From Patellaria atrata CBS 101060 (lineage: Eukaryota): a stretch of DNA of 64,000 nt. The stretch lies in assembly GCA_010093705.1 (NCBI GenBank), contig MU006090.1:62001-126000 (forward strand), in the 5' to 3' direction. The number at the start of each line of letters is the position of its first letter. Position 1 is the stretch's first letter. Shown piece after piece: positions 1 to 12,067 of the stretch. Position numbers and translations under genes: made by a program. Under the pieces are notes generated by a model. That model searched no databases and was not told the DNA's origin. It was given only the letters and a program-made list of their open reading frames with translations.

Positions 1-739
1 GCATTAAAGCGAACTATTAGGGAATACAAAAGTCACCACAGAACGTTGATCTTTGGTTTCAGGTATTCTAGTATTACAGATAAAAGTCGGCCCCCAACTT
101 GTGCTTTGCCCCGTGGGTTATGGAAGTTGAATGCGGATTAATATATCTCTAGACTTGGCAGCTGAGTATAAGGTATGGATAACATGATAGAAGGCCGGAG
201 AGATAGCAGCGTTCCCAGAAAAGATGGTGACACATCGTCTCCTGAGGAAAAGAGTTCCCCGAATGAGCCTGATGAGGTCTTCGGCAGTCCGTAAAATGTA
301 CTGCGAAATGCGGACTCTTAAGTTCCAGGAGAGTCGGGATATTGCCCGAGCCCCCAATCTGAGTAACTGAGCAACATATGCTATCATTGTTAGGAAGCTG
401 TAAATATTAGGTAGGGCGGAAGATGAATAGCTTAGTAGAAGTCATTCCACAATCACTCTCTAAGTTATCAACATCACATCTGATGTTTACCTTAGATGAT
501 CTTTCCGGTTGCTTTGTTATTCCAGGGAAAATGTTGTAGTTCTAAAAAGTCCGGCAGAACCATCACCGCTTCCAGCTCACCGCTTAATAGCATCCACAAG
601 CGATCCCACAACCTCAAACTTACGATCTCGCAGTGAACTTCCCTCCGCTCGCGCACGACTTCAACCTGCATAATTCAGCGAGCAACACGCCAATCTCCTC
701 AAATACCACACTAAGAGTGTTACTCGACACTTTGCAATA

Positions 740-1374
740 ATGACGAAGAGGGTATGTAGCTTCGAAAATTGTAAATGATTAACCGCCGGCTGACCAACAT
801 ACCCTCAATAGACAAAGAAAGTAGGCGTGACAGGAAAGTGTACGTACTCGATCGCATAATGTTCTCGAATTCATTAGACGTAAACACTGACGAACATCTG
901 TAGACGGAACCCGTTATGGTGCATCTCTCCGTAAGCAGGTTAAGAAAATAGAGATTACACAACGTAAAAATCTTACTCAAAAAGCCACATACCGAAGAAA
1001 CGCTGATTGAGTGAAAAGATGCCCGGTACACATGCACCTTCTGCGGAAAGAACACCGTGAAGAGACACAGTGTCGGAATCTGGAGCTGTGGGAGCTGCAG
1101 GAAGACAATTGCTGGAGGAGCATGGACGGTCTCGTGAGTTTATACTTTCTCAAATACACGGGTAGAGTAATGGAGGCTTTCACGGAAGAGCTGGAAATAC
1201 GAAAGAAGTTCATGATATGGGAGTTTTGCGAAAGATTAAGCTACAAAGCTCTCAGCGGCGCATGATATCAGTGTCTAGAACGCGGATAATCGCTAACGAT
1301 TAATGGATAGAACCCCTGCTGCCGCCGCAACCCGCTCAACAATTCGTCGTCTGCGTGAGATTGCGGAGGTCTAG
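740..1374 (+). CDS. RPL43: 60S ribosomal protein eL43 (L37a), 5 exons
   Basis: Manual splicing (introns about 752-811, 840-903, 964-1018, 1134-1310) gives [92 protein letters not shown], which carries the C4 zinc-ribbon of eL43. Confidence 0.97.
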
Positions 1375-1689
1375 GAAATCTGTGGGGCCTGGGGTAGCAT
1401 CAGTGGAAATGGAATTCTTCAATCGTGGCTTTGCGGGGTGTTTACAGCATCTGTGCCTTTGGGCACATTAACGGGACGGGACGGCGAATGTTTGATAGAC
1501 CAATCAGGCAAAATCAAAATACTTTCATGCTCTATCGCTGATTCAAATCAACATATGGCTATTGATGTAAGTAAATATGGAATCGTGCCCCTTTTACGGA
1601 CCCTCTCTCCTTCAGATCTTGCACATACAATATCTTGAAACGTATTATTCTCACTATATGGGCACTATTTATGCTTCGTAGTGACTGCT

Positions 1690-2400
1690 CTACAAGCCTC
1701 GTTCAGAGATGAATTCATATTCTCTCATCCTTTTGCTCTCGCCCTTACGGAATCCCCTTCAAGCTTCAACAACTTTCCAGGAGATTGTTCTCTTCCTCTG
1801 ATCTAACATAAGTCTACAATAATTCTCCTTCGTAGGTATGCATTGCTCTCCCTCGGCTTCGGCTTTAGAAGTCCTCACCGCATCAACGCGCCTAGTTCCA
1901 AGTTTCCTTCAAGCCTTTAGTCTTCTTCCCTCTTCATCTACACTTCTCCCCTTGCTATACTCACTTCTCACACAGATTCTGCCTATAATAAAGGCACCTT
2001 TCGCTCTCTCGGCCTTGATCGGTGAAACATAGCATACTATGACCTTTTTCAGCTCCTATTTTAAAAATCTCGAGAACGTACTCATTTATTTTGCAAGCCC
2101 TTTCTCAACGTGTGAATATCCTTAAATCATCTTGATAAACCCAATACTTATTTTATTGCACTATACCCTTTCACCGCTAAGGTAATGGTTCATGACTAAG
2201 GTACTGCCACAGAGTTCGCCATACCCTTTAACTACATCGAACAGCTTTAATGATGTGTTTCTTGCATTGTGTACTGTCAAGAGATAACAAGACACCCATA
2301 CCAGTGTGTACCTCCTTGCCCAGCCTCTCCAAAGCATCTTCTAGGGTTCTTACAGTAGCAGACGTAAGATACGATTTTAATACGGCGGTTCCAATTCTTG
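1690..2400 (-). mobile_element. Possible decayed pogo/Fot1-like transposase C-terminal relic
   Basis: The minus strand gives broken, stop-interrupted K/E/R-rich fragments, including VSPIKAERAK, which resembles the SPxKxxxAR segment recalled from Fot1-like transposase tails. No intact ORF. Confidence 0.25.
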
Positions 2401-3223
2401 ACCATTTCTACCAATCTACTTCATAAGTATTGCAGGAAAATGGAGGATGTAGATCAAGGGGATGAAGAGGGCAATGTATCATTTGCATCGTTGCAATTAT
2501 GCTTTTACACGAACATCACAGGAGTCATTGGTATATCGGACACAGGTTATATTGCAAGTAAAGAGGCGATCAGTATTATAAACTTAAATCTTGATTTGAG
2601 TTAAAAAAAAAATCCTGCTCGAAGACGAAGAAAGTGGGTCTGTCGAGGGGAAAAAGAAGAATAAATACTACACGAAGTCCTATCGATTCATTATTATTCA
2701 ATATCTACAATACCCATTAAAGAAAAAGTCAATGAAACCAGCAAAAAAGCAAACTTGAAATGATTTAAAAGATACAATGTAGTGAAACACAAAGCTGAGA
2801 AGGAGATTCATTCATTCACACATGCTAACAACTCAATTCCGTAGAAAAGGTGAAGCCCAAGCCATGCAAAAGACACCACAACTCCACTATCCCTCCTAAA
2901 TTCTAAGCTCTAAGACATAAGGCTGAAGGAAGACAGCAGAGAAAACTAGAAGGTAGACTGCAGCTGCGAAAGGAACATCGTAGCTATAGCCCCAAAAAAA
3001 CTAGACTCAACACCAAAAAGTGAGCGACAGCAGAAGTTAGAGAAATGCAAGAAGAAGACAGAAGACCAAACAGTGCATAATCCCCTCTATATACAGATCA
3101 AACCAGAATCAACCGTTCAAGGCCCCACAAGCGTCTCGCTACCGATTAACCGTCCACACGCCCGTTCCCAATCCCTTTGCCACCACCGTACCTCAACCAT
3201 GCACAACAGCTAGCTTCCGCCGA

Positions 3224-3390
3224 CAGGTGGGAAGGCCATCCTATCCAGCTGGGTGCACCCAGCCAGAGGAAGAGATACCTATACCTGACGACGTGACGGA
3301 AGACCGCTTTAGACGTCAGGTAGGAAGGCCATCCCTATCCAGCGGAGTGCACGCACCCAACTGGAGGAAGAGATACCTATACCCGACGAT
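3224..3390. repeat. Imperfect direct repeat, about 93-bp period, two copies
   Basis: caggtgggaaggccatcc..ctatccagc..gaggaagagatacctatacc at 3224 recurs as caggtaggaaggccatccctatccagc..gaggaagagatacctatacc at 3317. Confidence 0.85.
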
Positions 3391-3543
3391 TTGGCGAAGC
3401 TAACTGTTATGGGAGTGAGAGAGATGTGTCGGGTAACGCTAGTCGTGGTAGAGGAAGCGATTCAGGTTAGGGAGGGGGATAGTGGGAAGAGGGGGTATTA
3501 AAAAGGAAGTGGAGAAAGGATAGAGGGTCGCTGTGAGACCCTT

Positions 3544-5808
3544 CTAGGTGGCCAGAGGTGGAGGTACTGTGCCACGGTCTGCGCAGAAAGCGTGTAAGCC
3601 AGTAATAAAGTCTGAGTGTGACTTTTTATGAGCAGCCAAGGACCCATATTCAGCATTAACAGTTGCGAGAAGTGCTGGATCGATGTTGCCGAAAGGCGAC
3701 GTTCTAGGGAACGCCAAGCTATACGTTGGAACGGCTGCAGGAGAAGACGCTCTTTCCTCCGGTTCCGCATTGGTCATTGCTGCAAGACGTGAACCAGTTT
3801 TTGGTGCATATCGCTGAGCTTGCTCCCGTGCGCGTTTGACCGCATCGAATCCTTTGACTGGTAACTCGGCGTGCGCTGGAGTAGGACGCGGAGGCGGTGC
3901 GGTGCTCCAGTTGACAGGGACACTGGAACCCGAAGATTCTGGTTCTTGCTCAGGCGTAGAAAGCTTGTCGAATGTGGAAGACTGACCAGGGGCTGAGACG
4001 TTCTCGGGTGGCGAGATATGCTCTGGTGTTGAGACCCTGTCGGATGTGGAGATTTGCTTTGGTGTCAAAACTTTCTCGGGACTAGAGAGAGAGAGCATTG
4101 TTGTATCATCCATGTTATCCGTGTTATCCGTGTTATCTTCGTCACTGCTGTGCTCTGGGACGCAGAATGTTCCTGTGCCCTCAACGTGACCGTTTCTGCG
4201 AAGCTCTCTTTGAAGCGGCGTTTCGTTTCGAACAGGACGCTTACCCTTGGTTTGGGATGTGTTATCTTCAGTTGACTTGCTAGACTTCGTTTCAGCTGAG
4301 ATACTCTGTTCGGTTGAATCTACGTTTTGAGGATAGGTGTTGCGAAACAATGTCCCTTGGTAGATGTAGGTGGGTGAATACGACGTCGAGGTAGGAGGTG
4401 CGAATAGGGCGGCGCGAGTAGCTTCCGCGCGTTTCCTTTCTTCATCAAGACGAAGTTTTTCACGCCGACGGTCCTCTCGTTGAACCATTCTGGGGGTCAT
4501 TCTCTTCTTCCTGGCGGGTCCTTCATCATCTCCAGACGCGCGCGATGGTGGTGGCATAGGAACAAACTCCAAAGGACGCGCGGTCAGATGCTTGATAGGA
4601 ACTGAAGGTGCCACAGGCGTCTCTGGTGTTTGTGGCTCATCCGAATCCGAAATGTCTCCGTACCAATATTCATCTGGTAGCCCATAACCTTCACCGCCGG
4701 GAAGATGCGCAGGAATCAGTTTGAGATCGTCGGATCTAGCCTTTCGTTTGCTGCCGGTCCTCGTATTGTCGAGGCCTTGCTCGAGCATCTCTTTAGCGTT
4801 CTTGTTGTGTTCTTCGATGTTGAGCCGTTGTTCAAGCTCGTTATCGACAAGTGCTGCATTTTCTCTTGTCGAAGGCTCACTGGCCTTTGCGCGTCCCTTT
4901 CCAGATTTCGAGCGACGTTTTGTGTGTGACTTCTTTTGTAAAGGGCTCTCAACTTGTGGAGTAAAATCTGCAGATGTGACAGGTCCGCGGGATGAAAGGA
5001 AGGTTGGAAGGAGTCGTGAGACGCTGCTGGTCAGCGCTCGGAAGAGACCTATCGCCGGTGTTGCAGGAGTGGTTGGACGATTTTCGTCAATCTCGCCGTC
5101 GGTGTCGTCGCTATCGGACATGATGATGTACTCCTGTTGAGGAGTGTTGTTGTTGCCCACTGTTGGGGTCTTTTGTTGAGGTTCGGCCGTTGTTTGACAC
5201 GTTTGCGTCGTCTTGGCAGGCCATGGACCATATTCACCTGGAGCGAAAAGGCCATTCTGGTGGAGGACTTCCGTACAGGCTTGTAGGTTCTGTTTCGTGC
5301 TTTCCCAGTTTTCTGCCAACATTGTGATTATCAGCAGGGCTTCTTGGTAGCAAATCTCATACATCTCCAGCTGGTGACGGTAGGCAGCCCAAGTGTCCAC
5401 GTCTTGGAAGGTGCGGACCCTGGTAGGGCTCTTCTCACCTGTCTCGTCTCTCTCTTTTGGAACCGCCGCAGCGGACTCCACCCGGGATGCTTTCGCAGCA
5501 GCGGGACTCTCTTCGACCATCGTACGCGGCGAGCGTACGCACACCCCGGCCACAGGAGAGGGCACCTCATTCCGTACATTCGACCGTTCGGCCGGCTGTA
5601 CGTCAGAGATCTGCACCTCCGGCATTGCGGGGGTGCAAGTTGCCTCCTGCGCGACGACCGTCTTAGGTCGTCTTGGCCCCCGAATTGCACGTTCGGGGTC
5701 AGCTTGCAAGCCCAGGAGTGGCGACGCATTTGGGTTGGTCCGCCGGGTATGGCGAGTGGTACGGCTCGCTTGTTCGGGCGCCTTTGTTGCGCGTTTTCGT
5801 GGCGCCAT
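3544..5808 (-). CDS. Intronless 754-aa low-complexity protein of unknown function, probably nuclear
   Basis: Long ORF with basic clusters (PRKR, KRKAR, RKKR) and motif islands GYGLPDEYW, GTFCVP, WSTAPPPRPTPAHAELP and RAREQAQRYAPKTGSRL. Contains short internal repeats (DNT x3, STPE-like). Confidence 0.85.
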   Translation of the reverse strand: MAPRKRATKAPEQASRTTRHTRRTNPNASPLLGLQADPERAIRGPRRPKTVVAQEATCTPAMPEVQISDVQPAERSNVRNEVPSPVAGVCVRSPRTMVEESPAAAKASRVESAAAVPKERDETGEKSPTRVRTFQDVDTWAAYRHQLEMYEICYQEALLIITMLAENWESTKQNLQACTEVLHQNGLFAPGEYGPWPAKTTQTCQTTAEPQQKTPTVGNNNTPQQEYIIMSDSDDTDGEIDENRPTTPATPAIGLFRALTSSVSRLLPTFLSSRGPVTSADFTPQVESPLQKKSHTKRRSKSGKGRAKASEPSTRENAALVDNELEQRLNIEEHNKNAKEMLEQGLDNTRTGSKRKARSDDLKLIPAHLPGGEGYGLPDEYWYGDISDSDEPQTPETPVAPSVPIKHLTARPLEFVPMPPPSRASGDDEGPARKKRMTPRMVQREDRRREKLRLDEERKRAEATRAALFAPPTSTSYSPTYIYQGTLFRNTYPQNVDSTEQSISAETKSSKSTEDNTSQTKGKRPVRNETPLQRELRRNGHVEGTGTFCVPEHSSDEDNTDNTDNMDDTTMLSLSSPEKVLTPKQISTSDRVSTPEHISPPENVSAPGQSSTFDKLSTPEQEPESSGSSVPVNWSTAPPPRPTPAHAELPVKGFDAVKRAREQAQRYAPKTGSRLAAMTNAEPEERASSPAAVPTYSLAFPRTSPFGNIDPALLATVNAEYGSLAAHKKSHSDFITGLHAFCADRGTVPPPLAT

Positions 5809-7618
5809 CTTTTGCTCTGGTGCCCTTTAGTTGTGCGAACAGCAGAGAGGTGATGATGACAGAAAGAGAACAGGAGGAGAGAGGAGAGATGAGAAAGAGA
5901 TTGAGGTGAGGTAAAGTATGTGGCGAGATACGGTGAGATGTGATGATTTCGATGCTGGTGTTGTTGTTGTTGGCGTTATTTTATTTTTCCAAGAATTGAG
6001 GCGACAGCTTGCGCTGCATTGAAACTGATGTTGACTTTCCTTAAGAATTGTAAAGAGGATTTGAAAGGTGGTAGATGCGAAGAGCAACGGTTCAGTCTTG
6101 GTGATTGATTGAGATGTTGTTCTGTGAGGAATGAAAAGAATAAGAGGGGAGAAGGGAAGAGGCAGAAGGGTTTGTTGTGTGCGGTGCCGGCGATTTTCTC
6201 GCCTATCTAGCGCAATAACAATAAACAATACGTACCAGATGAGTAGGTTTTAGACATGTGATGGGTGTGAGCGAGATAAATGATTTGAGGTGAAGGAAGT
6301 GGGTGCGTTGAGGGCCATGTGATGGTCAAAGGTGAATGAGTTGGTGAAGAAATTCAGAAAAGTGACAATATAAAAATCTCACGATGCCAATGCGGACGCT
6401 TGAAGGCCCTAATGTCCAAATCTGTACTAGGTGTATGCTAAAATCCCCTCCGAACCCCTGTCAACGCCCCCTTGGCCCATATGCTTGCCCCTTGTACATG
6501 TAGGACTACCATAAGAGCCTCAATTCTTAAATGAACTTTGAACTTTGAACTTTCAATATCAATGCCATCTTCCAGTTTGCGTTTAAGGCGTTGATTCACA
6601 TCCAGATCGCTCAGATATCAGTACAGTACTGTTCTGATCACCCATTCTATCTGGACAGCACTGTTGTCTTCCTCATTCTACTGATTCGCTCCACCAACTA
6701 AAGTCTGATGTGTCTATTCTTCCCTGTATTTGTGCAAATTCTGTTAATGATTATTGCTACCGGGTAACACCTAAGACTAAAGAATACAGTTTTGAACTTA
6801 TCCGATTTCGACCTTCCCCGAGACAAGAGATAAATACATTGTGTACAGTTATTTTCGGCGAGAGTCCTAAAGTGGATGAGAACAGTACCAGTCGTCTTTG
6901 TACCTTTACTGTGTAGGGCATTTCTAGCAGAAAAGTATTATGTATTGAGATAATCATAAAGCCCTTTCCCTTACTTGTTCTCGCGGACACTGCTCCCCAC
7001 TAACGGTACCCTTTCGACCCCGAGAATCGTAACATTCTGTTCAGAGAGACATAAGTCCCACCATCGGACCATCACTCTTGCCGTGCATGCACATATTCCC
7101 TTATAAACTCTCATTTACTTTGGGTGGCATAGCTACATGTTAGGTCTCAGTGCATAATTTGGACCATTTGATTACTACCAACTTTGCCTATTACCTTAAC
7201 TCTATATTCGAACCGTATTTGAGGGAGATCGATCATGATGAAATTCATTGTCTGGACATTCACCCTCAGCTTTTTGTTCGCTCACCCAATGTACAGCCTT
7301 CAACTGTACAACATCAATCATCGTCGCTCTAAACCGACTCTAGACTTCTCCAATAGTAGCACAGTACCAAAAGGTATCATACTAGCCCGAGAAATGCCTA
7401 GAGTTTCAGCGTCGTAGTTCTCTACTTCTTCTCGTTTTCCTCAGTCTCGTCGTACATTTCCTTTACCTTCTCGGTAACCATCTTATCCTAGCCATCTTCC
7501 TTGGTATCATTCATTGAATCATACGTGTATTTCATTCCCTGAATATTGATACTGGTATCTCTTCCGTGTTGCGCAGGTGCGGGAAACGCGGAAGACACAG
7601 TCATGCGCTCATTTGTAG

Positions 7619-7891
7619 CTATATATTAGAAGCTCTCTTCCGTACAGCTTGATACTCAGGAACAAGGGGCAAAGGTCTGCTCCGAATTGGTAGGTTTTGG
7701 ATGACCAAATGAGCGCCTTCAAGAATGGACGGGGGATTCTTGGCCCGAATTGGTAGATCACGCGTTACCAAGGTTTCGCGGGCATGTGTTTCGATAGTAC
7801 CGTTGCGTTCGTTGAGGACGTGACTCTCCTGTCCCTGTATGGGAGAAGCGAGGGAGCCTTGAGCTGGCGTGCGGTGGTTTCGAGAAGTCAT
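7619..7891 (-). CDS. Possible orphan or degenerate small gene
   Basis: 90-aa ORF with an internal LPIR repeat. Coding-like sequence continues downstream in another frame. No family recognised. Confidence 0.2.
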   Translation of the reverse strand: MTSRNHRTPAQGSLASPIQGQESHVLNERNGTIETHARETLVTRDLPIRAKNPPSILEGAHLVIQNLPIRSRPLPLVPEYQAVRKRASNI

Positions 7892-8645
7892 CGCGATTTG
7901 AATGGTCGTGAGAAGGTATGTTGCGGGTCGTTATGATCGGTTTTCTCGAAAGTAAATGGAGAGATTGTATGTTTGTAAAGGTGAGATTTTATAAGACATG
8001 GGAGTTATGGGGAAAAGGAAAGATCCGAAACAAAGTCCGCATTTATACAATGAAAATGTACTATTGAGACAGAAAGCGTGACTGTGTGTGAATAGCGCAA
8101 GTTGTGACAGTTTAGTGTAGTCTACACAGAATGAAAAATAGTAGTCGACCAGGGAGAACAAAAGAGTTATATCACCGGATTAGTTGTAGAACAATATTAT
8201 CCATTTGACACCGTTGCTACGTTGTTTAACAGTTTATTACTTAGGCACTAGTAGCATTGTGTTGAATAGTTAGCATATCATACTGTGAATCGACCAAATA
8301 AGAAATTCGTTAGTGAACAGATGTGAGCATTCAGGTGATGGAAGTGTATATTTTATTTTCTTTCTAGGGCCCATATGTACCCACTCTCGTAAGCCAAGTT
8401 GCTGTCACCGTCTATAGTCCTGTACTTATTGATATCAACGCTTTGTTGTTTCCGAAGAGCGCATTTTCGAAGCCACCAAAGGAGAAAATCCATTTCCATC
8501 GTAATCTTCCGTTAGATTGAGGGTTTGTCATTTGTAGAATCATTGCTGAGTCATTACTCTGGAAAAAGAATCAGTCCCACTGTGCCGGACATGGGACGAT
8601 ATATGGGTAGGAAAAATATAAGGATGAGAAGCGTAATTATAGATA

Positions 8646-10865
8646 TTATCGTAGCGTAAAGGTCTCTGCGTGACGTTGTCCGGAGGTGAGTTGGTCTACT
8701 GCTTCGCCATTCATGAAGTCGTGGAGATAAACTTCGCCCACAAACTCGTGATAATCGCCCCTATCCCGGAGGAGCACTGGTATGTTACAGCCAAAAAGTA
8801 AACATACTATATCTCCAGGCTGAGCTCCCTTGGGTGCCGATCCTAAGTGGCCAGTTCTGGTAAGAAAGATTTTGCGTTCCATCTCGACATGTACATGAGC
8901 AAAACGGAGCGCAAATGCATGGATTTCGTGTTCTTGGACCGGGTTTCGCTCTCTTGATAGAGCATCAGTGCACCATTCTTCAATTGTTCGTCCTTGTATA
9001 GGGAAACTCTTAGATCTCATGAACCATTGCTGAAATGCCGAAGGGATGGGAAGTGTACTAGTAAGCGCAGCTTCAATGCAAGCAAGAAAGACATCGTGTA
9101 ATTGAGAGGTTGCGCTCGCACCTTGGAAACGATCGAGGATTAAGCAACGCCAAATTGCATCTACTATATGTTGTAAAGTAGCTGGATTCTGGGCGGTAGC
9201 GTTCTGGTTTTGCCCGACCTCCGGTTGGTCATTATCCCACGATGAACTGAGAGCTGCAGTGATATCAATTTTAATACCCTGACATGACAACTCACGCAGA
9301 TCATTCGAGAATATGACTTCGGGTCTCATGTTTTTGGATGCATTGTACACCTTGATCGTATCTGCTGGTCGGGAATACGTTGTGGAAGTGATCGGCCACG
9401 GCTCAAAAGAAGAGGATGTTGGTGTCGAAGGTTGTATGTTTACCAAAGGGGTACCCGGTGCTGAGATGTGTTCTTCAGTCGTTTCCGGTAAAATCGAAGC
9501 ATTAGCCATAGCATCAACATGCGAATGGGTAGTTTGGTACGTCCAATCCGGCACCCAGCTTGGTAAGTCTCTAAGTAGCTTCGGCCAGGTTGCATAGCAA
9601 ATAATGTCAAGGCTACAGTTGGTCCTTACCCAAGACTCGATATACGATGCAAAACATTCCCCGACGCTTTGGGAGTAGTCCGCTTCTCCAACGAGATCAT
9701 GAGCATCGTCAGCTATGCCAAGAAGAGAGAAGATTTGATCCCTCGGATCTGTAGCCAGTATCCCTCCAGTATATGTGAGAAAGTTCAATAATGGCAATTT
9801 TGCCTGTGAATCATACCAGCCCTGAAAATTCCGTATTCTCTGCGCAGCTCTGTATCCGGGGTTGCCGAAAAGCAAAAGTTGAGGGCTGTGAGCAGCGTAT
9901 TCTTCCATGTCGGCATCCAGTGAAAAGTTAGTCGGTGGAGTTTCCGATAACAGCATGAAGCTATTTGTATTGAGTGCTACCTCTAAGGCACTTTGCGCAT
10001 CATACAATGTCTGTTTGTCGAGCCAACGACGTCCACAGTGCAGTATTACTTTTGAAGCTAGAAACCGTCAGTACAGAGTGATAGGATATTTGAGGTTGAA
10101 GGAGACACTAACGAATGATGCACTCTTGAAGGATCCAAGCTCTCCTCCACTAGTATTGAATCAGCACCACGTCGCGCAGGTTCACAATCTTTGAGGAGCT
10201 CTACCCACGGTCTCCCTAGAAGCCGATCCAATGATGACCACATGAATCGATACTCCTCCTTTCTCACGAGTCGCCTCAGCCATTCCTCGAGATCTTCCAC
10301 CGAGTTATAACCGTACGATAAAAGTTGAATGAAGTCAAGAGCTTCTTCACTATCATCACCTTCTGGTCCGGTCCATGCAACAACTCTTTCGCATTGGCCA
10401 AAAATAGTCCCCATCTGACTCACCTGAATACCTTTTTCCAAGTCATCGCTGTGAGAAATACAGATAGCATCTACCCAATACCATGTGGTAGAGTAAATAT
10501 GGAGATCTGACAACGTACTTAGTGCGTCGTACAAGTTTTCAGTGATTTTGAACCATCGTCCGTTAATTCGAACTGGCTGAGTAAGAGCGTGATCCCCCCA
10601 AGCGTATGATAGTGCGCAGTAGTCGGGACATTGTCTGCTCTCTAATTGGACGTGAATCAATCTGCAGTCGATAATACCCTCGTTGCGTGTCATGTGAAAT
10701 AGTCTTATTTGCGTAAAGGAGTCTGCAAGAGCTTCATGCTGGAAGTTCTCCATCTAAATGAGAGATATCATTAGTAGTTACTTGACGAATGCGCCCGGTG
10801 AGTTCTTGGTTACTTACTGTATCTCTTATTGCTACACTCGAGAAAATAGGGTTGGACGGAGGCAT
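8646..10865 (-). CDS. Heterokaryon incompatibility (HET domain, HET-6-like) protein
   Basis: Motifs YCALSYAWG, WVDAICI, QVSQMGTIF, RPW-WRRAWILQE, ATDPRDQIFSLLGI, LPSWVPDW and GDIVCLLFG...GEVYLHDFMNGE. Two 55-nt introns (10150-10204, 10058-10112) join the ORFs. An in-frame 48-nt upstream exon (10818-10865, intron 10754-10817) is likely. Confidence 0.92.
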
Positions 10866-12067
10866 AGCGAACTTTATTGCTCAACTTGTTGGGTCATCAC
10901 ATTGCCAGAAACATATTCTGAGCTTCGACCGAGATTATGATCGTAATTTGACAGACGAAGAGAATTCGGAAATTAGCAAATCAGAAGAGGAAGAAATCTG
11001 GAAAAGACTGAAAGTGCAACTATACAACTACGACAGCAAAAGGAATGTAGGTATAGGGACTACCTCATAGGGGATATTGTCCGCCACTGACATTAGGGGA
11101 AATTGAAAAAAAAAAAAAAAAAACTGCTTAGCGATCAGTAGCGCTCGGGGAATGATATCTCGTAGAAACTAATTAAGGTATCTTTAAAATTTTAACTTGA
11201 CCTTCCGTACAGTATGACATCCGAGTAGAAAATTGGGCATCCTGCAATAATGGCTAAGGTCAGTCAGACAGGAAACCTGAATTGCTACAATATCAGTCTT
11301 GGCGGATTTGAGTTGCTTCATTGGTCCTCACGAACATCACTCCATCCTTCCCGTCAATATGGGAGATGATAATACTCATGGTTTGATCCTAGGGGCGAAA
11401 ATGTTGATTGGGCAATTGCATCGTTACACTGAAGTAGTCGAGAATATGGGTCTTGTTCCTGAAAGTTGCGGACAATAATAGAACTGGTTCTACTACCGTA
11501 CTGTGAGGCAAACGTCGATCAACCAGATTAGGCAAAAATACACCAAGAGCAAAAAAGTTCGCCACTACTGCTGTGTGAGTGAGTGCACACTACTGTACAA
11601 GTACAAGTAGAGTCTAAAAATACCTGCCTATTAAAAAGCCCCGTTTTTGCGTTTGAGCATACTGATACTGGGTGCTAGAACATGGATTCTAGGATTCTAG
11701 GAGACGTTGAAAATTGAAACAGTCCTGCAAGTTGCAGATTCTCTCGATCAAGAGATGGGACACCTACTAAGCAATGTCATGGAAGCTCAGAAGTTCTCTG
11801 TCAACCCGCCACATCCCTAAACTGGGCCAGCAAAAGAGCACCAAGTAGGCCAATCAAAAAGAGTTGTTTCGAAAACCCAGACAAGCTCATGCAATGAGTC
11901 CTGCCACTCAGATAACCATCATTTATCAGCTACTTTGTGCCATGAAGAAAGATGCAAATGTCCGAACGGACCGGTTGATACCACGTGGCGACGCAGCTCG
12001 CACACCGGTACCATCATGCCTTTGTGAAGAAGTCTTCTCTTTCGAAAATGTCCAGAGATATCCTTGC

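Noticed and set aside
10100..10115. Apparent premature TAG in the HET gene (pseudogene or A-to-I editing)
   Set aside because: The stop lies in a 55-nt GTTAGT..CTGAC..TAG intron, and splicing restores the frame.
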